Shown here one piece after another: positions 1-12,300 of a stretch of DNA of 64,000 nucleotides. Position numbers and translations under genes: made by a program. This DNA comes from Paraspadella gotoi. Lineage: Eukaryota; Animalia; Chaetognatha. Under the pieces are notes generated by a model. That model was given only the letters and a program-made list of their open reading frames with translations, was not told the origin of the DNA and ran no database searches. Location: positions 12,347,081-12,411,080 of the forward strand of contig CM119267.1 in assembly GCA_051294375.1 (NCBI GenBank). The letters are read 5' to 3'. Position 1 is the stretch's first letter, and the number at the start of each line of letters is the position of its first letter.

Positions 1-282
1 TGAATATAATTCATATGTAATTATATGTTTTATATGCAAAGAGAATTTGTTTTTATTTCCAAAACGGTTTTTTTTAACATTTTAATAAAATTGTTGTCGA
101 AATACAAAATATATTATCGCGTGTTTTTTATCTGACAATAAAATAAAAATAAAAACGTTGAAATTATCGCGCAGTTCTCATCGGAGAATTAAATTTAAAA
201 AAAAAAAGAAAATAAAAAAACAATTTTGAAAACAAAGTCCGACATTTTTAAATCTCCAAAATAAAAAAGTTAGCGGTAAAAA

Positions 283-440
283 AAAATGGCGTCGAATGAA
301 ACGACTAGAAGGAAAAAACGTGGAAACCATGTTGGCGCCCGGGCGAACGACGCCGGGTTGCCAGCCAACGGTTGCCATGGCGACGAGGACTATGGCGTCA
401 CGCGCGCGCACGAGCGAGAGAGAGAGGAGAGTTTCACGTG
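283..440. promoter_or_regulatory. Candidate promoter: YY1-like motif, RFX X-box and E-box in a CpG-rich patch
   Basis: AAAATGGCG at 283-291, GTTGCCATGGCGAC at 371-384 and CACGTG at 435-440, in a GC-rich island within AT-rich DNA. Motif matches only. Confidence 0.35.
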
Positions 441-669
441 GTCTACCCCCCCTCTCTCTCTCTCTGTCTCTCTNNNNNNNNNNNNNNNNNNNNNNNNNNN
501 NNNNNNNNNNNNNNNNNNNNNNNNNNNNNNNNNNNNNNNNNNNNNNNNNNNNNNNNNNNNNNNNNNNNNNNNNNNNNNNNNNNNNNNNNNNNNNNNNNNN
601 NNNNNNNNNNNNNNNNNNNNNNNNNNNNNNNNNNNNNNNNNNNNNNNNNNNNNNNNNNNNNNNNNNNNN

Positions 670-706
<37 letters not shown>

Positions 707-958
707 CAGAGAGAGAGTGAGAGAAAGAGAGAGAAGGTTTTCGTTGCCTATGAGGCTCGTGGAGAGACTTGATGGGGAAAAAATGATGGGAGGAGGAAGA
801 GGAGTATGAGCTGGAGGAAGAAGAGGAAGAGGAAAAGAATGAGAAGAAGGAGGAAAGAAATAAGAGAGGAAAAAGGGAGGAAAGAAGAAAAATAAAAATA
901 AATAAAAGAAAAGGAAGAAAGGGAGAGCAGGAGGAGGAGCATGGAACGGGAGAAAATG

Positions 959-964
<6 letters not shown>

Positions 965-1017
<53 letters not shown>
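965..1017. repeat. (CT)n microsatellite
   Basis: Perfect dinucleotide run. Confidence 0.95.
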
Positions 1018-1022
<5 letters not shown>

Positions 1023-1470
1023 CTGAACCCAGTACCACGAGGAAGCGAAAAAAAAATTGTCTTTTTTTTCTCTCTCTCCGTTTGTGAAACACATCTTCCT
1101 CTTTATTTCTCTCCCTTTTCCTTCACCTAAATTGTCTCGTCTTCACTAAAATTCATTCTTTCTCCTCCTCTTTTCTTGTTTATTCTAAAAGAAAATTAGG
1201 GTCTTTTACTTTTCATGTTCATGTTTTAGATTTTAATGATACTTTGCGTCATTTTAAGTAAATTTTATGACAGTAACCTCAATTCTGGCATTTACATGTT
1301 TATGTCTTTAAGTCGTTGATTTTTTAGTGTTATAAAAAGTCAAGTCATAAATTTCGTCATCTTGTTAATATCAATTGAAGTTTTTTATGTGATTTTACTG
1401 TCATTTACTCTCATTTTACTTTGTCCCTTAACGTTGTTTTAAAAATTTCTTTTTTTTCTTCTTCTTTCAG

Positions 1471-1660
1471 GTTATCCGGTACATTGACCCTTTGTTTCGC
1501 CCGACCTAGTGGCGTTGAAACTCGTGGCGCGGTGACGCGGACCGTGACGTCCGACGTCAAGGAACCTTGACGCTCGAGTGACGGGCCGTGACGTGACGAG
1601 ACTTACCCGTGACGAATTCCGGTGCCAGCTTCTCCTCCTTGGGTCCCTCATTTTCACATT
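1471..1660 (+). other. Candidate exon (short coding, terminal or UTR)
   Basis: Long polypyrimidine tract ending TTTCAG at 1470, followed by CpG-rich sequence. All three frames stop within about 105 nt. Confidence 0.3.
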
Positions 1661-1844
1661 ATTCTTCCAAAAAAGATATCAGATGCGTAATAAAATTTAA
1701 ATTAAACTAGCTTTATCATACAACAATAACTAAACTAATTTACTTATTTAAAATTATGAAATCTCTTTTTTGACTTATATGTTTCAATTAAAATAAGCTT
1801 ACGATCCGTTCGTAACTCCTTTAATTGACCAACAGCGGATTAAA

Positions 1845-1847
<3 letters not shown>

Positions 1848-1935
<88 letters not shown>
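1848..1935. repeat. (CT)n microsatellite
   Basis: Perfect dinucleotide run. Confidence 0.95.
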
Positions 1936-1939
<4 letters not shown>

Positions 1940-3609
1940 GAATCATTGTCGTTCATTTCCTGACATTCTCGGCGATAAATTAGAATCGTTCTGCATCTAA
2001 TACATTTTTATATAGCATTACCTTCGCCAGCTTGAGGATTTGCGTAAAAAGAAGAATTTTGTTTAAATTTAAAGAGGACTCGTAAACCGCTAAAGAGGTA
2101 TACATTATGATAACAATTTTTGATATGTGTATATTTATGAAATTGGTACAACCAATATAAAAATTATCCACCTTCCTTGAGGAACCTTCCAAAGATGTAT
2201 AGACAATGTCAAAAAGTCTTTACATTCTTGGTTCCCACTGGTATATACCACTGGTCTATTCAATAATGGTCGATGCCTGATGTACATTCCCGCGTTCAAG
2301 TATGTTTGAGTGTTACATTTAATGCCCATACTACGATATCCAAATAATTTAGTCATTTAGATACTTTTATTATATGGGCATAACGCCCTGAGGCCAAAAT
2401 TCGGGAGAAATATATTAAAGGAAAACTTACTTTATATTAGGTAACAGTAGTATATTTATGCTGAAAAATATAAATATCGATGGTTTAGAAGTCCAGGAAC
2501 CTAACCCCGTAATTGTATGTAGTTCAATTACTGCAGCATACTCGCAGCTTCAATTTCTTTTGAAAATATAAGATTTTAAAGTACTAACTGATTGATATTG
2601 CTGTTATACAACTTTAGTTTATGAAATTGGTACAACCATTTCTATGCCTAGAAATTAGATTTTATTATGAGAATCCTTAACAGTACTCTCTCAATACCCC
2701 ATAAAGAAACCATTAGGTGATCATTGAACCTTTTGCAGGAGTGGCAAATATTTATATGTAGTTGATTTTTAACTGATTGTGGCGCGAAGCAACATGACTC
2801 TTGATTTTCGGTTGCTTCCCATACTAATGGTTTTTTGACCATCGCAAAACTAACATAGGATAAATCCTTAAGATCTTCGCTATACAAAAGTAAACTATTT
2901 GCTAACAATTCATGCGTGTGGGAGGCTCAATTAGCGGGGTAAGAATCAAGTCCGAACTCAGTAGCTAATTAGTTTTAATTAATTTAAAACTAAAATAAAA
3001 AATTATTTTAAAATTGAAAAATGAAAGTGAAAAAATGAGGGGAAAGTAGAATGTGAAAAAATAAGGTAAAGAAAAGAGCTCAAAATAGAGATTTGAAGGA
3101 TTCGATCCCTCATTCTTCTCATTCCAACAGAAGCAGCGAGGTTGAGTCGCCAATCTGACTCACGAGTGGCTAATAGTCCGGAAGTCGAATTGCCACGGCG
3201 CCTCGGCGCCAATTGATCAGAGACGTGGCGAAATGTCGGCGTCGTACGAGTGCTGATTAGAACAAAGCTTGTTTTGTTCTGTACGAAAAGTGTGGACCAG
3301 CAAGCATTGTAATACATTATATATGTACAACAAATAAGAAAAAATAGTAACACTACAGTAATCAATGTAATAAACATAATCCAGTGAATAAACATGAACA
3401 AGGGGATCGAATTTTTATTATTAAATTATAATTGGTTTATTAATAAGTGACTTGAAAACTCGTGAGATTGGCTCTCACTGTGGATAAGGCGCTACGTAGG
3501 CTGAAGATGACTGTCCGTAACTTCTATAACCCCTTTAGCACCCATGGAGACGGGTACTGGGCTTGGAATCGCCAAAGCTTGAGGTTGCCAAGGCGGCAGT
3601 GTAGGGCCG

Positions 3610-3950
3610 CGTCCTCACGAATTCACGCAGATAATTGATGATGGTTGCTTGAATTTCTGTTTACAGGAAAAGCAACTCACATCTGATTTGATTACCGTTA
3701 TGATTCCAAATGCTCTTCTCGCACAAGTTGGCAACCATCACTCTCGTTACCAGAAGAGCCGAACTGATTTCCTCAACACCTGAGCTAAAGCAGCCGAGCT
3801 CGAACATGTAAGGAGAGCCTTTAGCGATCAATGGTTACCCGGTGTGGCTTTCGAGAAAGGTCCGTACCGGCACGCAAGGCTGTGGACAGTGCCACCAGGG
3901 GCTGTCCAAGTAACCCCTATTGCAGGCTCCTCTCCACCCTCAGGAAGAGG
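3610..3950 (+). mobile_element. Penelope-like retroelement RT C-terminal remnant (copy A)
   Basis: Frameshifted copy of the 11954-12300 fragment (SHKLATI...TRRAELI...ELEHVRRA...NGYP). Confidence 0.75.
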
Positions 3951-6900
3951 AATAGGACCTGACGCCGAGCACACAATAGTGCCAATCACAGCACAACCGG
4001 AAGCGAACTATTTGAAATTTGTTCACTTTTAACATAAAGTAGAGACGACTCACCACATTTTTTATTCACACTGAGTTGATCGTATCTCAGAATTATTGCT
4101 CTATGATTGTCATCGTCCTCAATTCTCAACTTATGCTCATAATAAAAATAATAAACACGACTCATCCCAACTTCATCCTAATCTTCAATCGAAGGTCCAA
4201 CCCGCCCGGGCCTCATTCTCCATCGATCGTCGCCCATGGTCACCAAAATATCCATTTCCGCTGCCTCTTCTTTTTTTTATTTCTTTTTCTTTTTTCTTCT
4301 CAGGTTTCGTCGTTTTTATATCTCCACGATTTCAACCGTCCGCTTTTTCCGATTTTTTTGTCTTCGTATAGATTAGAACGAGAACGCCAGATAAAAATGC
4401 ATAGAAGGTCGTTATTCTCCCTTCGATTAATCATTTAAGATTTATATTTTAATATAATAAGTTATATTCCAGATTATATATTTTTATCTCGCCAGACGGG
4501 CTTAAGCTTATTTTGTGACAGTCGCTTTTGTCACCATTCGTCGTCATGCGTCGTCGTTATCAATATTGGTCACATTATCGTTGTTCGATAAGAACCATCA
4601 TTCTTTTTTCTCGTTATTATAATTTTAACTGGGGCTTCAAAATTTTTTTTAATCTTAGTATAACAAACTGACCTATTGATAGTTCTTGTATAACAGGTCT
4701 TATTAGTAAGGGCATTAGCGCTCAGTTTAAACTTATATATCTCATGTTTCGTGTTTCATTTCATTAGATTCAAGTGATTTTTTGTTTGCAATTTCCACTT
4801 TTATTATAATTTACTGCATATGCAACATTAGAAATGTAACTGTACTGTACTTACAATATGCAAATTAGAATATAGTACTGCAGATATGCACAAATTAGAC
4901 ATGATAATACTTAGTTAAGAAGAATGTCATAATGAAGAATATGTTGAACTCAACTATGAAAACATATGAATTTTAAAAGATCTTTGATAAGGATGATGAC
5001 AGATTAAATAGCAAATCTTAAAAATACAGACTTCTTATAATCTTCAATGAAGAATTTTTATAATCAAATTTTCCACATTATAAACATATGCATTATTCTA
5101 ATATTTTTTTGTCTTTCTTATTTAGTGTTATCTTAAATACTACTATCTCTTCTCTTTTTCCTTTCATTTGCCGTCAGGTCGCTGTGCCTCTTCTGATTCA
5201 TTTTTAAAACGAGTTTCAGCTCTGCAGCCTCTCCCAAAGATTTTTTCAATTAACGTTTCTTTGAATAGTAGACCGTCTTGGCGAGTTATCACCTATATTG
5301 TTTAAGATTATTTTTATCATTCCCTGCGTCAAGGAATTGACTTGGAATCTGTTGACAACCATCGTAATGACCCTCTGCCCTCTGTCAACAGTGAACTGGA
5401 GCATTCACGACTATTCAACGACTTGGTCGACATTATCGATGACGAACGTACTATGGTGCTAACCCACCCATGTATACAATATAACGACCAAGGACGTGAA
5501 GACAACGATGAATAATGTACTTATTAACGCTGGCCTAACTAAAAACAGACAATGACCGCTGCATTCAACGATCTGCGACCTATATATCAGATTTCTTACC
5601 TATATTTATATAGTCATATTATACGAGCAACGACCGATGACAAAGCAATGCACGACGACAATCAATTGGCTCGACGGCACGACACATTGTATTCTGCAAA
5701 ATCTTGGGCTCCACCTCTTCATCGCCCGAATCCTCAGGCCGAGCCGGCGGCACCGTCGGAGAAAGAGGAAAGGTTCTTTCAGCCCCCGAGGGGGTTCGTG
5801 AGTGCTCGAGAGAGAGAAAGGAGAAGAGAGATGAGAAGAGTGAAAGACGAGAGAGAGAATGCCAGAGAGAGAGTGAAGATGACGAGTTGCGTAGGAGAGA
5901 GAGACTCGAGGGACTGTCAACGTTGTCTTTCTCATTGATAGAGGGAATATTTTCTTTTAAAAAAATAAGAGGCAAATTGAAGAATCATAAAAGATTTCAC
6001 AATCAGCGTGTATGCCAGGTGCCGGCTATGTACGGCGCGGGGAAGAAGGAAGATTCGTTATCCAACGTGCGTAGTGATTAGAAGTGATAGGATAAAATAT
6101 TTAAAAAATGAAAAATGAAACACCCAATAAAAACATTTTGGAAAATTTACTTTTTGCATTTGTATAACATTAGTGGGCACCAGTGCAGGCTCTATATTAT
6201 ATATCAGTAATATAAGTGGTGGATAGATAGGCGTAAAATGCATGCAAAAGTGCAAGTCATGTGAAAGAGTTGTGTCTGAGTCGATTTAGGATTCTCGTGT
6301 TGCAAAGTGGTGGGGGGTGACGAATAAGAACAGTTATATTTCTGTTTTAAGAGTTGAATTTCATGTGAGTTGGTCAAAAAAATGTAATAAAGACTGATAG
6401 TTTAAGGCGCTGAGAGATTGCGCGTGCGTTAAAACGTGGTATTTTTTGTGGTAATGTTTGGAGCTCTATCTTAAGTAGAGAGTAAGTCTTTTGAAGAGAA
6501 GATTAGTATTGTTCTTTTTATGCAGACTTGTTGTACGGAGATGTGAATTGTGTCTCCAGAATTTAAAAAAAAACTATTTTGAAACTTTTCGTAAATTAGT
6601 AAAATTTGCTAAAATTTAACTATTCAATTAAATTCTAAAAGTGCAGGAAACGAGACAACTATATATATCTAAATGAACCATCTTATGTTAATTAAAACAA
6701 CATTTAGTATCAAATTTTAGCAATTTACGGCAGCTACGGCCATATTTTATACTATACCTAAGATTAATAAATGTTAAAATTTCAAAAAGCCAGTTTTTTC
6801 TAAGATTCTTTTAGCAGATTTGGATTCGTCAATAGAAAAGTTAGATAAAAGAAATATAACTCTTTTTGGAAAATTCCTTTCATTAAGGTGGTGTCAAAAA

Positions 6901-8159
6901 TTAGATAAAAGCTATATTTTAGATGCTGAAAATTGTACTTTATATATTACAATATAGTTTTTTTTTAATTTCTAACCCACTTAATGAAGAGAATTTTTAA
7001 AAAATGATTTATATTTTCTTTTATCAACTTTTGACGAGGAATTCAATCAATGACTGCAATCAAAATTAAGAAAAGCTTATTGAAATTTTTCGATTATAAG
7101 GATAGTACTATAATATAAATATAGCCTACTGCAAAAATTAGAAAAACATAAAATAAATTTCTTTTTACAAATTAATGTTGCACTGATGGCATGTTTGTTC
7201 ATAATTGACTTTTAGAATTTTCGTATGTAACTTTCACTACGCCTTATTATTATAAGGTAAGTACTATATACAAAATAAGCTGACTGGGCTATTATATTAA
7301 TAAAAAAGAATTTTTTGGGGCTTTTTACATAAAAAAAATGAATTTTTAAGCAACTAAAGGTGTCGTGGATGTTTTTCAAAAACATTTAGTCGTTTTATGC
7401 ACGCGGCATTGTATTGCATAACAATAAAAGCCATACGTGTTAATATTTTTCACTGGTCGTTTCTGAAACATGACAGTGTTATAGCTTATCTTCAATTTAC
7501 CTGATTTTAAGCTTTTTTTCACTATCCAAATTAAACCTATTTAATTTTTTTCAGGTAAATTAATTAAAATTTAGAGAAGATTATAATGAAATATTCTTAA
7601 ATTATCAAATACTTACTTTTTGACGCTTTTAATATGCATTACAGAAATCTTACATGATAAATTTAATTATCTGACAATTCATTAATAAATTTCTTGATAA
7701 AAGTAAGTTTTTGAATAACAAATTAACTATGGAACAGTAACTTACCCAAATCTTACCGTGCTTACTTAAAAATTTTTGAAACGCAAAATATCATGATACC
7801 ACTTGCCAGAGAGCATTATTTTACTGACTACAAATAAGTACTCAAGACAATAAGTATTCGAAACATTTTTCTTCCTGAAAATTAAAAAAACATAAAAAAT
7901 TTTTTTTTTGGTATGTTGTTTATAATTTTTGTACGTAATACATTCCCTACGCTCTACTGACGATGTTGGTTTACATTATGAATAACACTGAATATGACGA
8001 CTACGATGATGACGATGAAGATTGATGATGATAATGATTGGAATGTGACCAGCAGGTAAGTTGTTGAAATCTTTCCCACGGGTTGTCGCGACGGTGCGGC
8101 ACGATGGACGTGAAGGATAGAATTAGACGGCTCAGACGAGTATGAAAAACAACAATGGT

Positions 8160-8500
8160 CAATCGGTGACATGACGACGACGACGTGACGGAGATGAAAA
8201 TAAACATTAACGTCAACGAGTATGAAAAAAAACGTCAATCGTGAACGACGACGACGACGACGACGATGAGAAATTAACATTGAACTAAGGAGTATGAAAA
8301 AAAACAGTCAATCGTGAGCGACGACCGACGACGAACGATCGAAATAAACAACAGTCAACGAGTATGAAAAAAACAACGGCAATCGTGACGACTACGACGA
8401 CGACGACGATGAAAATAAAACATTAACGTCACGAGTATGAAAAAAACCAACGTCAATCGTAGACGACGACGTACGACAACCGACGACGACGAGACGGAGG
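8160..8500. repeat. About 60-65 bp tandem repeat containing (GAC)n
   Basis: Unit GACGACGACGATGAAAATAAACATTAACGTCAACGAGTATGAAAAAAACAACGTCAATCGT repeated about 5 times; mirrored at 9042-9140. Confidence 0.8.
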
Positions 8501-8734
8501 CGAACGAGAGCACGGGAGAGTGGAGACTAGCGGGTTTATGTACTCGAGTGAAAAAAACATTAAGACATAAAATGGAAGTACGGGGGAAATGACAAAAACG
8601 ACAACGACGACGATAACCGGAGGGACGTTCGTCGACTTACTATGTGAGATACTTCATCGTTGACATGTAACTGGTCATAATCGACTTCAATAATAACATT
8701 TCAACATTACATTGTTTGCACATACGACTGTAAT

Positions 8735-8926
8735 TTTTGATGCTAGTTCGGAGTACAATAAGTATTCCCGATCTAATACTTAAGGGAGTGGTCTTTTCAT
8801 ACAATTGAAACATTTCTTTGATAGGGAAGCCAGGTACTCTGGGAGTGAATAAAGGAGACTGAGAGAGTCTTGATTGAAAGCTTGCAGGGACGCTGCTATG
8901 TCATTATCTTGTAAGAGTGATGGAGT
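8735..8926 (+). repeat. 326-bp family fragment
   Basis: Matches the 44551-44760 part of the tandem unit. Confidence 0.85.
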
Positions 8927-10757
8927 GGGCGGCGTGTAAGGACACCGGCAGAGGCCTGTGCCGAGAAGTGGCGAGGCAGAGGAAGAGTATGTGAAGTGGT
9001 AGAGGGATGAATGGAGNNNNNNNNNNNNNNNNNNNNNNNNNTTGACGTTAATGTTTATTTTCATCGTCGTCGTCGTCGTCACGATTGACGTTGTTTTCAT
9101 ACTCGTTGACGTTAATGTTTATTTTCATCGTCGTCGGCGAAACCAGTGGGAAAGATTTCAAAATTACCTGCTGGTCACATTCCAACTCATTATCATCATC
9201 ATCTTCATCGTCATCATCGTAGTCGTCATATTCAGTGTTATCATAATGTAACCAACATCGTCCAGTAGAGCGTAGGGAATGTTACGTACAAAAATTATAA
9301 ACAACATACCAAAAAAAAAATTTTTTATGTTTTTTTAATTTTCAGGAAGAAAAATGTTTGAATATTTATTGTTTGAGTACTTATTTGTAGTAAAATAATG
9401 CTTCTGGCAAGGTGTATATGATATTTTGGTTTAAAAATTTTTAAAGTAAGCAGGTATGATTTGGGTAAGTTACTGTTATAGTTTAATTTTACTACGCTTT
9501 ATTATATAATGTCAAAATTTCAAAATAGTTTTTTTTTAAATTCTGAGAACAGATTCAGATTCCTCGTAAAAAGTTGATAAAAGAAAATATAAACCTTTTT
9601 TCAAAAATTATGTCTTTAAGTAGATTAAAATTACAAAAAAATATAGTTTTAAGCTGGCAATTGAAAATCAGCGTCTTAAATATAGTTTTTTACATTTTTG
9701 ACCAACTTGCAATTTGAAATTTTAGCCTAAGATATCCTTATTACTATATATAAATATCGCTCACTGGTGCCCACTANNNNNNNNNNNNNNNNNNNNNNNN
9801 NNNNNNNNNNNNNNNNNNNNNNNNNNNNNNNNNNNNNNNNNNNNNNNNNNNNNNNNNNNNNNNNNNNNNNNNNNNNNNNNNNNNNNNNNNNNNNNNNNNN
9901 NNNNNNNNNNNNNNNNNNNNNNNNNNNNNNNNNNNNNNNNNNNNNNNNNNNNNNNNNNNNNNNNNNNNTTAATTTTTTTAAATTTTATCATTTTCACATC
10001 ACTCTAATCACTACCCGTTGGATACGACTCTTCCTTCTCCCAGCNNNNNNNNNNTTTTTTAAATTTTATCTATCACTCTAATCACTACCCGTTGGATACG
10101 AATCTTCCTTCTCCCAGCGCCGTAATAGCGCACTGGCATAACGCTGATTGTGAAATCTTTTTATGATTCTTCAATTTGCCTCTTATTTTTTTAAAAAAAA
10201 TTCCCTCTACATTGAGAAAGACAAGTTGACAGTCCCTCGAGTCTCTCTCTCTCTCACTCTCTCTCTCTCTCTCTCTCTCGCTCTCTCTCTCTCTTTCACT
10301 CTCTCTCTCTCTCTCTTTCTCTCTCTCACACTCACGAACCCCTGGGGCTGAAAGAACCTTTCCTCTTTCTCCCGACGGTGCCGCGGTCGGCCTGAGGGAT
10401 TCGCGCGATGAGAGGTGGAGCCCAAGATTTTGAGATCACATGTCGTCGTCGACATTATTGTCGTCGTCATTGCTTTGTCATCGTCGTTGTCGTTAAATAT
10501 ATATATATATAAATCTATATATAGACGTTGATAGCGTCATTGTCTGTTTAGTTACCGTTAATAATATTTTCCTCGTTGTCTTCACATCGTCTCTGTCGTT
10601 ATATATCATGGTGGTTAGCACCATAGTCGTCGTCATCGTCGACGTCGTTATTATCGTCGTGGTTGCTCAGTCACTGTTGCAGCGGTCATTCGTTTGTCAC
10701 AGATTCCAAGTCAATTCCTTGACGCGAATGATAAAAAATAATCTTAAAAATATAGTG

Positions 10758-11449
10758 ATCTCGCCAGACGTTACTATCAAAGAAAATTAATGAAAAAATC
10801 TGGAGAGCTGCAGAGCTGAACTCGTTTTTAAATGAATCAGAAGAGGCAGCACCTGACCAAAAAGAAAAAGAGAAAGAGATATAATTTAAATAAATAAAAG
10901 AAAGACAAAAAAATATTATAATTGTTTATAATTGGAATTTGTTAAAATTTTTTCAATTGGAAGTTATAAAAGTCTGTATTTTTATTTGTATTAATCTTCA
11001 TCATCCTTATCAAGATCTTTTAAAATCATATGTTTCATATTGATTCAAGTATTTCTTATTTGAATTCTTTCTTAATTAAGTATTATATTCTAATTTGCAT
11101 ATTGCAGTACTATATTCTAATTTGCATATTGTAGTAAGTACTACATTCTAATTTGCATATTGCAGTAAATTATAATAAAGTGGAAATTCAAACAAAAAAT
11201 ACTTGAATCAATATGAAACAAAAAAATGGATATATATTTAAACTGCCTTACTGCCTTACTAATGAAACTTTTATAAAAATCTATCATAGTAGTTTTTATC
11301 TAAGATTAAAAAAAATTTTAAGCCCCAGTTAAAATTATATAAGAAAAAAGAATGATGCAGACAACGATAATGACAATGATGATAACGACGACGATGACGA
11401 CGATGGTGACAACGACGTCACAAAAAAGCTTAAGCCCGTCTGGCGAGAT
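10758..11449 (-). mobile_element. Non-autonomous Helentron/DINE-1-like or MITE element with (GTC)n microsatellite
   Basis: 13-bp inverted repeats ATCTCGCCAGACG (10758-10770) and CGTCTGGCGAGAT (11437-11449), internal GAC repeats, A/T-run flank. Duplicates at about 4487-5290, 16190-16903 and 27242-27946; independent paralog at about 57848-58122. Confidence 0.65.
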
Positions 11450-11953
11450 AAAAATATATAATCTGATAAACTTATCTATTATTAAAATAATAAATCTTAA
11501 ATGATTAATCGAAGGGAGAAAGACGACCTTCTAGCCTTTTTTTTGGCTTCTGTTCTAATCTTAACGAAAGACAAAAAATCGGAAAAGCGACGGGTGAAAA
11601 TCTGGAGATAAAACGACGAAATCGAGAGAGAGAAAAAGAAAAAGAAATAAAAAAAGAAGAGGCAGCGGAAATGGATATTTGGTGACCATGGCGACGATCG
11701 ATGGAGATGAGGCCGGGCGGGTTGACCTTCGATTGAAGATTAGGATGAGTTGGGATGAGTCGTGTTTATTTTTTTATATGAGATAAGTTGAGAATGAGGA
11801 CGATGACATCATAGGCAAAATTGAGAATACGAATCAACTCAGTGTGATAAAAAATGTGGTGAGTCGTCTCTATTTTTTAAAAGTGAACAAATTTCAATTA
11901 GTTCGCTTCCGGTTGTGCTGTGATTGGCACTATTTGTTGCTCGGCGTCAGGTC

Positions 11954-12300
11954 CTATTCCTCTTCCTGGGAGGTGGGAGAGGAGCCTGCAATAGGAGTTA
12001 CTTGGACAGCCCCTTGGTGGCCACTGTCCACAGCCTTGCGTGGCCGGTACGGACCTTTCTCGAAAGCCCACAGAGGGTAACCATTGATCGCTAAGGCTCT
12101 CCTTACATGTTCGAGCTCGGCTGCTTTTAGCTCAGGTGTTGATGGAATCAGTTCGGCTCTTCTGGTAAGAGAGTTGATGGTTGCCAACTTGTGCGAGAAG
12201 GGAGCATTGGAATCAAACGGTAATCAAATCAGTGTGAGTTGGCTTTCTGTAAACAGAAAATTCAAGGCAACCATCATAATTACCCTGCGTGAATGTGAGG
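11954..12300 (-). mobile_element. Penelope-like retroelement RT thumb/linker remnant
   Basis: Reads FSVYRKPTHTD / frameshift / LPFDSNAPFSHKLATINSLTRRAELIPSTPELKAAELEHVRRALAINGYP, matching the PLE YRKPTHTD..L.F.S..P..HK...NGYP signature. Confidence 0.85.

Larger units (their letters stand above)
2137..8500 (-). repeat. Inverted copy (A) of the 9.0-13.75 kb block
   Basis: 2170-2210 is the reverse complement of about 13715-13753; 7741-7830 of about 9390-9470; 7950-8090 of about 9140-9280. Noisy, with about 1.1 kb extra at 6600-7740. Confidence 0.9.

Noticed and set aside
286-809. ORFs spanning N gaps and (AG)n runs, here and elsewhere
   Set aside because: Artefacts of Ns and microsatellites (SLSL and RERE translations)
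8160-8500. CRISPR-like periodicity
   Set aside because: Whole units repeat with no unique spacers; eukaryotic context and no cas genes
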